A DNA stretch of 58,236 nt, from NCBI GenBank assembly GCA_021791725.1, contig JAJYVZ010000001.1, positions 1 to 58,236 of the forward strand, in the 5' to 3' direction. Source of the DNA: Candidatus Micrarchaeota archaeon. GTDB taxonomy: Archaea; Micrarchaeota; Micrarchaeia; Micrarchaeales; CABMGC01. Shown here one piece after another: positions 45,601-54,494 of the stretch (positions are counted from its first letter, which is position 1; each line of letters opens with the position of its first letter). The notes beneath the pieces are model-generated. The model did no database searches, was not told where the DNA came from, and saw only the letters and a list, made by a program, of their open reading frames with translations. The position numbers were made by a program, and so were the translations under genes.

Positions 45601-45969
45601 GAGCCTGCCCTTTCTTGTCAGCGTGAAGACTTTGACGTTCTTCTCCCTTAGCCTTTTCCTGAGCCCTGTGTCATTGGTGCATACGCCCATGCCCCTTCTC
45701 TGTGCATTCCTCAGCATCCACGAATCTGCGCTGCCAAGCCTATCGCTCCCGCTTCCTCTTATTATCATGCCATCATGGCCTGATATGTCTGACAGCGCAG
45801 TCCTGGCATATTTTGCGTACTTTCCAGTGCCGTTGCCTATTCCGGCCAGCTCCCGTATGACGCATTCGGGGATCATCGGCGCCATGCCCTCGGATCGCAC
45901 TATGCCGAAGATGTTTATGTGGTTTGAGAATCCGAAGATTATCGAGCTTGTGTCTATTACGATATCCAT
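45595..45969 (-). CDS. PIN-domain nuclease (Fcf1/Utp24-like)
   Basis: MDIVIDTSSII at the N-terminus and a C-terminal VCTNDTGLRKRLREKNVKVFTL pattern. Confidence 0.7.
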   Translation of the reverse strand: MDIVIDTSSIIFGFSNHINIFGIVRSEGMAPMIPECVIRELAGIGNGTGKYAKYARTALSDISGHDGMIIRGSGSDRLGSADSWMLRNAQRRGMGVCTNDTGLRKRLREKNVKVFTLTRKGRLR

Positions 45970-46110
45970 TATGACCTTTCTTTTACCTAAAGAAAGAGAA
46001 TTTATAAATAAATATTTAAATCTTTTTATATAAAATAGTTCAGTCCGTAATGAGAGTTAGTATTATCTCCTTGCTTCAAATTCTAACATTGCAGTCTTAA
46101 CGGTGTATGC

Positions 46111-46347
46111 TTGGCTTCCGAGATAGAACATGAACTGGTACCTTTGCACAAGATTCTTAGTGACAAGGAAGCCAATGACGTCCTTGGCGAACTCGGCATA
46201 AACAGGGATCAGCTTCCAAAGATATTCGATACAGACCCGCAGGCGAAGAAGCTTGGGGCGGTGAACGGGCAGATGATAAGGATAAACAGGGAGGACAATG
46301 GAAAGAAATATGCCTACTACAGGATTGTGGTAAAGGCATATTCCTAA
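46111..46347 (+). CDS. rpoH: RNA polymerase subunit Rpo5 (RpoH)
   Basis: HELVPLHKILSDKEANDVL...LPKI...DPQAKKLGA..GQMIRI.R. TTG start. First gene of the RNAP operon. Confidence 0.9.
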   Translation: MASEIEHELVPLHKILSDKEANDVLGELGINRDQLPKIFDTDPQAKKLGAVNGQMIRINREDNGKKYAYYRIVVKAYS

Positions 46348-46365
46348 AACGTATCTGGTGTTAAG

Positions 46366-47841
46366 ATGGGCAACGAAGTGCTTGAATCGTATCTAAGTTC
46401 TACTCCGCTCATGCAGCAGCATCTCGACAGCTACAACAGGTTCATTGACATAGGGATACAGCGCATAATAGACGAGCAGAAGGTCATAGAGCCGAACGTG
46501 GAGGGCTTTGCGCTCAAGCTCGGAAAATTAAGGCTTGACAGGCCGTCTATAATAGAGGCCGACAGCTCAAGGCGCAACATACTGCCGAACGAGGCCAGGC
46601 TTAGGAACCTTACGTACGCTGCGCCAATGTTCCTTGAGCTAATACCGGTAATAAGGGGCATAGAGAAGCCATCTTCCTATGGCGAGGTCTTCATAGGAGA
46701 ACTGCCGGTCATGTTAAAGAGTAGTTTGTGCAACATAAACCTTTACAACAGGGGCCAGCTCACAGAGAACGGCGAGGACCCCGATGACCCCGGAGGCTAC
46801 TTCATAATAAAGGGTACGGAACGCGCTCTGGTGGGTCTTGAGGACATAGCGCCCAACAGGATAATAACTACGCTTGAGAAGGATGGCGCAGAGGTTGTCA
46901 GCAAGGTGTTCTCCACCTCTACGAACTTCAGGGCGAGATGCACTACAACCAGGAACATGCACGGCATGTTCAATGTCAACTTCCCCACGGCGCCGAAGAA
47001 CATAGACCTTGTGCTCGCGCTCAAGGCCCTTGGCATGCAGGCAAAGGAGATAATAGAGATATCCAGCGACATAGAGGTCGTGAAGAACGACATGCTTCTT
47101 AACGTAGAGTCCAGCAAGGGCGCCGAGATGCCTGCTGCCGAGGCTGTGCTTGAGATCGGAAGGCTCTCTGCGCCGAACCAAGCGGCTGAATATCAGCAGA
47201 AAAGGGCAGAGACGCAGCTCGATACCTATCTTCTTCCGCACATAGGCTCCGATCCCGAGCTCAGGAAGCAGAAGGCAAGATACCTTCTTGACATGGCGCG
47301 TCGTGCGGCTCTCGTAGGAAGCCGGTACATAAAACAGGACGACAAGGACCACTACGCAAACAAGAGAGTCAAGTTCTCGGGCAAGCTTATGGAGGATCTG
47401 TTCGCATATGCGTTCAAGTTCTTCGTGAAGGACGTGAAGTACCAGATAGAGAGGACGAATGCCAGGGGAAGGAGAATGAGCATACAGACAATAATAAGCC
47501 CTGACACCATAACGGAGAAGATATCATATGCGATGGGAACCGGAACGTGGGTGGCAGGGCAGACAGGAATTTCGCAGGTGCTTGACAGGACAAACATAGT
47601 GAGCATGAATGCGCACCTTCGAAGGATAAAGTCGCCGCTTGCAAAGAAACACCCGCATTTCAAGGCAAGGGACGTGCACGGCACGCAGTGGGGCAAGATC
47701 TGCCCTTCGGAATCCCCTGAAGGGCAGGAGGTTGGCCTGACCAAGTACCTTGCAATAATGTCCAAGGTCACCATAGGCACTGACGACAAGTTCATAGAGG
47801 GCAAGATAAAGGAGATAGGAAAACTGAAGAGTTCTGCATGA
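46366..47841 (+). CDS. rpoB2: RNA polymerase subunit B'' (Rpo2N, N-terminal part of split subunit B)
   Basis: LMQQHLDSYNRFI, PNEARLRNLTYAAP, GGYFIIKGTERA and KSPLAKKHPHFKARDVHGTQWGKICPSESPEG. Confidence 0.95.
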   Translation: MGNEVLESYLSSTPLMQQHLDSYNRFIDIGIQRIIDEQKVIEPNVEGFALKLGKLRLDRPSIIEADSSRRNILPNEARLRNLTYAAPMFLELIPVIRGIEKPSSYGEVFIGELPVMLKSSLCNINLYNRGQLTENGEDPDDPGGYFIIKGTERALVGLEDIAPNRIITTLEKDGAEVVSKVFSTSTNFRARCTTTRNMHGMFNVNFPTAPKNIDLVLALKALGMQAKEIIEISSDIEVVKNDMLLNVESSKGAEMPAAEAVLEIGRLSAPNQAAEYQQKRAETQLDTYLLPHIGSDPELRKQKARYLLDMARRAALVGSRYIKQDDKDHYANKRVKFSGKLMEDLFAYAFKFFVKDVKYQIERTNARGRRMSIQTIISPDTITEKISYAMGTGTWVAGQTGISQVLDRTNIVSMNAHLRRIKSPLAKKHPHFKARDVHGTQWGKICPSESPEGQEVGLTKYLAIMSKVTIGTDDKFIEGKIKEIGKLKSSA

Positions 47842-47860
47842 CGCATGGTTTGGTGTTAAT

Positions 47861-49690
47861 CTGGCAAAGAAGATAAACGAGAGATGCTACGTATACCTCA
47901 ACGACAGGATAATAGGATACGTCGAGAACGGCGAGGAGTATGCAAAGGAGATAAGGGACGCAAGAAGGAAGGGCATGCTCTCCGGGGAGATAAACGTAGC
48001 TTACATAGAGCGGCTCAACGCCGTCCGCATAAACACGGATTTCGGAAGGATCAGAAAGCCATATGTCGTAGTCGAGAATGGGGTCTCGAAGCTGACGAAC
48101 GAGATAAGGGAGAAGATAAGGAACAAGGAAGTGGATTTCAATTACCTGACAAGGAACGGCATAGTAGAGTACCTTGACGCAGAAGAGGAGGAGAATGCGC
48201 TTGTTGCCTTCTTCGACAGCGATATAACAAAGGAGAACACGCACGTTGAGGCCGACCTTGCCGGCATATTCGGGTTTACGCTGAGCGTGTCGCCCTTCCC
48301 AGAGCACAACAGCCTGGCAAGGCATGCAATGCTCTCCAACTTCATAAAGCAGAGCGAGGGTCTATATGCTACGAACTTCGGCCTCAGGTTCGATTCGCGG
48401 GCATACCTGCTTTTCTATCCGCAGAACCCCATCGTATCGACAACAGCGTACAGGAACACAAAGATAGAGACGCATCCCTCAGGGCAGAACCTGATAGTCG
48501 CGCTCTCTACATATTACGGATACAACATGAAAGACGCCATAGTGCTTAACAAAGCTGCCGTAGACAGGGGCATGGGGCGCAGCATGTTCTACAAGACATA
48601 CTCCGACGAGGAAAGAAGGTATCCCGGCGGGCAGAAGGACAGCTTCAGGATACCGCCGGCGACGTCCGAAGGGTACCTGGGCGAACACGCATACGCCAAT
48701 CTCAGCGACGACGGGATAATAGAGCCCGAGACCAAGATAGACGAGGGGAATATAGTCATAGGGAAGGTCTCGCCGCCAAGATTCCTCGAGGAGAACGTAG
48801 GTGCGTCCGGGCTTGAGGAAAGGCTTCGCGATTCGTCGACATCACTCAAGGGCGGGGAGAGCGGCATAGTAGACAGCGTCATATTCACAGAATCAACAGG
48901 CGCGACCAAGGTCGTCAAGGTAAGGATAAGGAGCCTGAGGATACCAGAGAACGGCGACAAGTTCGCCAGCAGGCACGGGCAGAAAGGGGTAGTTGCGCTT
49001 ATAGTGAATCAGGAGGACATGCCTTTCAGCGACGACGGGATAATACCCGACATTCTTGTCAACCCGCACAGCATACCTACAAGGCTTACGTTCGGCCATC
49101 TGCTTGAAGAGATGGCAGGCAAGGTCGGAGCGGTCTCTGGAAAGCTCATGGACGGCACGGCATTCTCAGAGAAGGGGATAAACAGGATAGAAGAATACGG
49201 GAAGGAGCTCGAGGCGCGTGGCTTCGACAGGTACGGCAACGAGAACTTCTATGACGGCATAACCGGCAAGAGGTTCAAGGCGGAGATATTCAACGGCATA
49301 GTCTACTACAACAGGCTTTACCACATGGTAAGCAACAAGATGCAGGTAAGGAGCAGAGGCCCTGTGCAGATTCTCACGCACCAGCCTACGGAAGGCAAGG
49401 CGAGGCAGGGAGGCCTAAGATTCGGGGAGATGGAGAGAGACGTAATAGTCGGATACGGGGCAAGCCTTCTCTTAAAGGAAAGGCTCCTTGACCAGAGCGA
49501 CAAGGCATCGGTGCTCGTATGCAAGGAGTGCGGCAACATAGGATATTACGATTACATAAAGAGGACCGGCGCGTGCCAGATATGCAGGAGCACAAACCTT
49601 GCCGAGATAGAGATGAGCTACGCGTTCAAGCTCCTGCTTGACGAGATAAAGTCCTTGCACATAATGCCTAGGATACGCATGAGGGATTGA
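47861..49690 (+). CDS. rpoB1: RNA polymerase subunit B' (Rpo2C, C-terminal part of split subunit B); 5' end uncertain
   Basis: GDKFASRHGQKGV, PDILVNPHSIPTRLTFGHL, GGLRFGEMERD and a C-terminal Zn ribbon CKECG...CQIC. The first ATG is 47975, but the conserved N-terminal sequence YVYLNDRIIGYVENGEEYAKEIRDARRKG is encoded in frame upstream. I provisionally start at CTG 47861. Confidence 0.85.
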   Translation: MAKKINERCYVYLNDRIIGYVENGEEYAKEIRDARRKGMLSGEINVAYIERLNAVRINTDFGRIRKPYVVVENGVSKLTNEIREKIRNKEVDFNYLTRNGIVEYLDAEEEENALVAFFDSDITKENTHVEADLAGIFGFTLSVSPFPEHNSLARHAMLSNFIKQSEGLYATNFGLRFDSRAYLLFYPQNPIVSTTAYRNTKIETHPSGQNLIVALSTYYGYNMKDAIVLNKAAVDRGMGRSMFYKTYSDEERRYPGGQKDSFRIPPATSEGYLGEHAYANLSDDGIIEPETKIDEGNIVIGKVSPPRFLEENVGASGLEERLRDSSTSLKGGESGIVDSVIFTESTGATKVVKVRIRSLRIPENGDKFASRHGQKGVVALIVNQEDMPFSDDGIIPDILVNPHSIPTRLTFGHLLEEMAGKVGAVSGKLMDGTAFSEKGINRIEEYGKELEARGFDRYGNENFYDGITGKRFKAEIFNGIVYYNRLYHMVSNKMQVRSRGPVQILTHQPTEGKARQGGLRFGEMERDVIVGYGASLLLKERLLDQSDKASVLVCKECGNIGYYDYIKRTGACQICRSTNLAEIEMSYAFKLLLDEIKSLHIMPRIRMRD

Positions 49691-49691
49691 G

Positions 49692-52337
49692 ATGCAGACC
49701 GAAGCGATAAACAACATAAAGTTCGGGATACTTCCTTCAGAGACGATAAGGAAGGCCAGCGTAGTGAAGCTGAGCGTTCCCGACACATACAACGAGGACG
49801 GCTATCCGATAGACAACGGCCTTCTTGACCAGAGGATGGGCGTCATAGACCCAGGCCTCGTGTGCAAGACATGCGGAGCCAGGGCAAAGGTATGCCCCGG
49901 GCACTTTGGCCACATAGACCTGGTAAGGCCAGTGATACATTCGGAATTCTCCAAGATAATATACGCAGTGCTTGATTCGATATGTCAAAAATGCGGCAGA
50001 ATACTCATGACCGGAGAGCAGCTTGAGCAGAAGGCCGACGAGCTAAAGGAGATAATCGTTGAGGAGAAGCCGGCCCTGGAATCGCAGCACGAAGCGCCGC
50101 AGGAGAGAGAAGCGAAGGAAGATGAGAGCGGGAGCACGGATGAGAATGTGCAGAAACAAGGCAGGAGGTCGAAGACTGATCACGGGAGCGACAAGAGGAA
50201 GCGGGCGTCGATGTTCAAGAAGCTGAAGAGCATAAGGACATGCCCGCACTGCGGAGCCCCGCAGGAAAAGGTAAAGTTCGAGGCGCCTACATACTTTTAC
50301 ATAGGAGATAGGAGGATGCGGCCAGACGAGATACGCGACATGTTCGTAAAGGTGAGCGATGACGATCTTAGGTCGCTGGGCATAGACCCTGAGATAAGCA
50401 GGCCGGAGAACCTGATAATAACCGCGCTGCTCGTTCCTCCGGTCAACGTCAGGCCGTCAGTGACGCTTGAGACCGGAGAGAGGAGCGAGGACGACCTAAC
50501 GCACAAGCTTGTCGACATAATGAGGATAAACCAGAGACTCGAGCAGAACATAAACGCCGGTGCCCCGCCGATAATAATAGACGACCTGTGGGAGCTCCTG
50601 CAGTACAACATAACCACATACTTCAACAACGAGACATCAGGCATACCCCCAGCGCGTCACAGGAGCGGGCGCGCCTTGAAGACAATAGCCCAGAGGCTGA
50701 AGGGCAAGGAGGGGCGTTTCAGGTACAACCTTAGCGGGAAGAGAGTGAACTTCTCCGCAAGAACGGTCATATCGGTAGACCCGAACATAGGGCTTGACGA
50801 GGTTGGGGTGCCCAGGATAATAGCAGGCAAGCTTACTGTGCCGTTCTACGTTACCGAATGGAACTTCGAGAGGGCAAAGCAGATGATGGAAAGGACAGAG
50901 TACCCGATGGTCCTAAGCATAATATCAAAGGACGGCAAGAGGAAGAGGGTTACAGAGACAAACAGGGAGGAGCTGATAAAAGGAATGGTTCCGCACGACA
51001 TACTCGAGAGACAGCTGGTCGACGGCGACATAGCCGTATTCAATAGGCAGCCTTCGCTGCACAGGATGTCAATGATGGCGCACAAGGTCAAGGTGCTGCC
51101 AGGCAAGACGTTCAGGATGAACTTCTGCGTAACGCATCCGTACAATGCCGACTTCGACGGGGACGAGATGAACCTGCACATACCGCAGACGCTGGAGGCG
51201 CAGGCCGAGGCGGTATACCTGATGTCAGTGAAGGACCAGATATTCTCCCCCAGGGACGGCGCTGCCATAATATCCGGAGATGAGGACGACATAACCGGAC
51301 TTTACCTTCTTACGCTCGACGATACGGAACTGACAAAGGAAGACGCATGCTACCTGCTTGGGCTGATAGGCATAACGGAGCTGCCAGACCCGAGAAGGAA
51401 CGGCATGTACAGCGGCAAGGACATCTTCTCCATGTTGCTGCCCGAGGGCCTTGACGTGGAGCAGAAGGGAAAGAGCGGAACGTTCGAGGTGAAGAAAGGG
51501 AAGCTCACAGGAGGAAGGATAACAAAGGAGATATATACGCACAACTCGAGGCTACTGTCTGCGATAGCGTATGAGTACGGCGCCGAGGCGCTGAAGAGGT
51601 TCATAGAGATATCCGCAAGGCTCGCTGACGCTTACGTTACCCTTTACGGCACAACGGTGGGAATAAAGGAGTACCAGATAGACAGGAAGGTGCAGGAGGA
51701 GAGGGAAGCGTCGATAACCGAGATATTCGAGAGGACGAGCAAGCTGATAGAGCAGTACAAGGCGGGAAAGCTCGAGTCGCTCATAGGCTACACGGCCAAA
51801 CAGTCGCTTGAGATGCAGATCATGGCCGAGCTGGCAAAGGCCATAGACATAGAAGGCGAGATAATAACGAAGCATGCGAACGCAGACAACAATGCGGTGA
51901 GAATGGTGCGCGCGGGATCGAGGGGAAGCATATTCAACCTGGTGCAGATGTCAATGCTCCTGGGCCAGCAGTCAACCCTAAGCGGAGGAAGGATAAAGAG
52001 AGGATACTACACCAACAGGGTGCTGCCGCACATAAAGCCTGGATCGATAGACCCGAGATCAAGGGGGTTCGTAACCACCAACTTCTACATTGGGCTGTCG
52101 CCGATAGACATATACATGCACGCGATAGGGTCAAGGACATCGGTCGTATACAAGGCGCTCCTCACCGCGAGAAGCGGCTACCTTCAGAGAAGGCTGATGA
52201 ATGCGCTGCAGGACTATTACGTGGAGCAGGACCTGAGCGTGCGGGATGTGTACGGAAACATGATAGAGACGGTTTATGCCGGCGACGGAATAGACCCAGT
52301 GAAACTGTCGTTTACGAAGATAAAGGAGAAGAAGTGA
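49692..52337 (+). CDS. rpoA1: RNA polymerase subunit A' (Rpo1N)
   Basis: CKTCG...CPGHFGHIDL, RFRYNLSGKRVNFSARTVIS and NADFDGDEMNLH, the catalytic motif. Confidence 0.95.
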   Translation: MQTEAINNIKFGILPSETIRKASVVKLSVPDTYNEDGYPIDNGLLDQRMGVIDPGLVCKTCGARAKVCPGHFGHIDLVRPVIHSEFSKIIYAVLDSICQKCGRILMTGEQLEQKADELKEIIVEEKPALESQHEAPQEREAKEDESGSTDENVQKQGRRSKTDHGSDKRKRASMFKKLKSIRTCPHCGAPQEKVKFEAPTYFYIGDRRMRPDEIRDMFVKVSDDDLRSLGIDPEISRPENLIITALLVPPVNVRPSVTLETGERSEDDLTHKLVDIMRINQRLEQNINAGAPPIIIDDLWELLQYNITTYFNNETSGIPPARHRSGRALKTIAQRLKGKEGRFRYNLSGKRVNFSARTVISVDPNIGLDEVGVPRIIAGKLTVPFYVTEWNFERAKQMMERTEYPMVLSIISKDGKRKRVTETNREELIKGMVPHDILERQLVDGDIAVFNRQPSLHRMSMMAHKVKVLPGKTFRMNFCVTHPYNADFDGDEMNLHIPQTLEAQAEAVYLMSVKDQIFSPRDGAAIISGDEDDITGLYLLTLDDTELTKEDACYLLGLIGITELPDPRRNGMYSGKDIFSMLLPEGLDVEQKGKSGTFEVKKGKLTGGRITKEIYTHNSRLLSAIAYEYGAEALKRFIEISARLADAYVTLYGTTVGIKEYQIDRKVQEEREASITEIFERTSKLIEQYKAGKLESLIGYTAKQSLEMQIMAELAKAIDIEGEIITKHANADNNAVRMVRAGSRGSIFNLVQMSMLLGQQSTLSGGRIKRGYYTNRVLPHIKPGSIDPRSRGFVTTNFYIGLSPIDIYMHAIGSRTSVVYKALLTARSGYLQRRLMNALQDYYVEQDLSVRDVYGNMIETVYAGDGIDPVKLSFTKIKEKK

Positions 52338-52352
52338 TGTTTGGTCGATCTT

Positions 52353-53000
52353 ATGCCTATAGAGAAGAACATGAATCCGGAAGAGGGCGGAAGGGGAAGG
52401 AGCGAGCTGGAGCTTAAGGCCGAGAGGTTTTACGGCGAACTCACGCTGCCAAGATACCTTGAGCTCTCTTTGGTCAACGCCGCGCGGCAAGGCGACGCCT
52501 ATGGGTGCAAATTCTTAATCAGGAACGGGGTGGACGTGAATGCGAGGGGCATTGCTAACGATACGGCATTGATGCACGCATGCTCCCAGGGAGACGTGGA
52601 ATTCTCGAAATTCCTTATAGAGAATGGGGCAGACGTAAACGCACAGGAAAATTCAGGATTCAGTCCCCTGATGCTTGCGGTAACGGCCGGCGCGACCGAG
52701 ATAGTAAAAATGCTGCTTGAGAAAGGCGCGGATCCCAACGCAAGAAATAGCGAGGGAAACACGGCACTGATATATGCAAAGGCCGGCGCGCTGCTGGGAA
52801 TGGACGGCTATGAGTACATGATGCAGCTTCTTGAAGGCAGAGGAGCGACATTAAGCAAAGAGGACGAGGAGAAGGTCGATAAGAATATAAGAGAAGCAAA
52901 GAAAGAGCAAAACGAAATCGAGGCTCTTAGAAGGGACATGCAGGATGCGCAGGAATGGGGAGAAGAAGAACACGGAAACGGCAATTCAGGCCTAAATTAA
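52353..53000 (+). CDS. Ankyrin-repeat protein encoded inside the RNAP operon
   Basis: LVNAARQGDAYGCKFLIRNGVDVNA, TALMHACSQGDVEFSKFLIENGADVNA, SPLMLAVTAGATEIVKMLLEKGADPNA, and NTALIYA. The ORF opens 3 nt after the rpoA' stop, and its TAA overlaps the rpoA'' ATG. Confidence 0.85.
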   Translation: MPIEKNMNPEEGGRGRSELELKAERFYGELTLPRYLELSLVNAARQGDAYGCKFLIRNGVDVNARGIANDTALMHACSQGDVEFSKFLIENGADVNAQENSGFSPLMLAVTAGATEIVKMLLEKGADPNARNSEGNTALIYAKAGALLGMDGYEYMMQLLEGRGATLSKEDEEKVDKNIREAKKEQNEIEALRRDMQDAQEWGEEEHGNGNSGLN

Positions 53001-54070
53001 TGCAAGTGCATACGATGAAGAAAGAAAACGATAAAAATAATCTGAGCGTTACGCCTGGAGAGCCGGTAGGGGTTATTGCGGCGCAGTCCATAGGGGAGCC
53101 AGGCACGCAGATGATCCTTAGGTCCTTCCACAGGGCAGGAATGGCGTCGGTGACGGCGACCGCAGGGCTGCCGAGGCTTGCCGAGATAATAGACGCGAAG
53201 AAGAAGCCTGGCACGCCGTTCACATTCATATACCTTGACGGCAGGACGAGCAAGAACGCCGAGAGGGCCTTCGAGATCGCAAAGAAGATAAACGAGGTGA
53301 AGGTAAGGGACCTCGCGAAGAGGATAACGGAGAAGTTCTCGATAGGGGCGATAAAGATAGTGCTGAACGAGCAGGCCCTGAATTCCAACGAGCTCACGGC
53401 GCGGGAGGTTGCTGCGAAGATAGTAAAGTTGACTGAGTACGTAGCGAAGACGAAGAACAACGTGATACTGATCGGAACGCACACGAAAGACCTCAAGAAG
53501 ATACGCTCCTCGGCAGTCAGGATATCGGATCTTACCATAAGCGGCGTGGAAGGCGCAGGGCGTGCAGTAATACAGCAGGACAAGAACACCGGAGAGTTTT
53601 ACCTGATATCCGCGGACAGCAACTTGGAGAGCATAATGCAGATAGAAGGGGTTGACGGATCACGGATATACACCAACGACATCTTCAAGGTATACGGCGT
53701 GTTTGGGATAGAGGCCGCGAGGAACGCGATATACAGGGAACTGAAGAAGACGCTTGACGACCAGGGCATAACTGTTGACGGGCGGCACCTGATGCTTGTA
53801 GCCGACGCCATGACCTTCTCGGGCCAGATAAAGAACGTCGGCAGGCACGGGCTGAGCGGGGAGAAGGGATCTGTGCTAGCAAGGGCCGCATACGAAGAGA
53901 CCGTGAAGCACCTTGTCAACGCAGCCGCATTCGGAGAGGAGGACAGCATGAGGGGCATTACCGAGAGCGTGCTCCTGGGCAAGCAGATAATGGTCGGCAC
54001 CGGAACCGTAGAGCTCTCGGTAAGGAAGGAGGACATGGCCAAGATGAAGGCGAAGGAGCAGAAAAAGTGA
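53000..54070 (+). CDS. rpoA2: RNA polymerase subunit A'' (Rpo1C)
   Basis: VTPGEPVGVIAAQSIGEPGTQM, DGRHLMLVADAMTFSG and ETVKHLVNAAAFGEED. ATG at 53000 (TAATG junction). Confidence 0.95.
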   Translation: MQVHTMKKENDKNNLSVTPGEPVGVIAAQSIGEPGTQMILRSFHRAGMASVTATAGLPRLAEIIDAKKKPGTPFTFIYLDGRTSKNAERAFEIAKKINEVKVRDLAKRITEKFSIGAIKIVLNEQALNSNELTAREVAAKIVKLTEYVAKTKNNVILIGTHTKDLKKIRSSAVRISDLTISGVEGAGRAVIQQDKNTGEFYLISADSNLESIMQIEGVDGSRIYTNDIFKVYGVFGIEAARNAIYRELKKTLDDQGITVDGRHLMLVADAMTFSGQIKNVGRHGLSGEKGSVLARAAYEETVKHLVNAAAFGEEDSMRGITESVLLGKQIMVGTGTVELSVRKEDMAKMKAKEQKK

Positions 54071-54153
54071 AGTAATAAAAGCATTGGCGTCTATAGACTA
54101 ACTTGTCCTGATGCATACGCGCATCTGGTTGATTTATTTTGTTTGGTGTGAAG

Positions 54154-54378
54154 ATGACGCAAGAGAGGCCTTTCGACCTGTTGAACAAGGCAATAGGAAA
54201 CCAGGTTCTGATACGGCTTAAGAACGGGATGGACATACGGGGAGTGATGAACTCCTTCGACGTTCACATGAACATAGTGATGGAGAACGCCGAGGAACTC
54301 GACGAAGGCAATATCAAGGCGAAGCTCGGCACCATACTGTTAAGAGGAGGAAACATACTATTCATATCCCCAGCATGA
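54154..54378 (+). CDS. Sm-like archaeal protein (SmAP/LSm)
   Basis: Sm1 is VLIRLKNGMDIRGVMNSFDVHMNIVMENAEE. Sm2 is LGTILLRGGNILFI. Confidence 0.85.
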   Translation: MTQERPFDLLNKAIGNQVLIRLKNGMDIRGVMNSFDVHMNIVMENAEELDEGNIKAKLGTILLRGGNILFISPA

Positions 54379-54388
54379 CGCGTATCCT

Positions 54389-54494
54389 GGGCTCCTGGCG
54401 CAACGGTAGCGCGCTTGCATGGCATGCAAGAGGTTGCGGGTTCGAAGTGCACTTCTCCTGAAAAGCGGAAGTCGCGAAAATCCCGCGGAGTCCA
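54389..54494 (+). tRNA. tRNA-Ala (anticodon GGC) with an approximately 33-nt intron inside the T-loop
   Basis: The acceptor stem GGGCTCC/GGAGTCC contains G3:U70, the Ala identity pair. The D arm is GCGC-AACGGTA-GCGC and the anticodon arm is CTTGC-ATGGCAT-GCAAG. The T stem GCGGG...CCCGC is interrupted after TTCGAA by GTGCACTTCTCCTGAAAAGCGGAAGTCGCGAAA(A). Confidence 0.8.

Noticed and set aside
47884-48177. The 97-aa ORF between rpoB'' and rpoB' as a separate gene or frameshift partner.
   Set aside because: It is Arg/Lys/Gly-rich, lies out of frame over the conserved rpoB' N-terminal coding sequence, and shows no similarity to RNAP segments.
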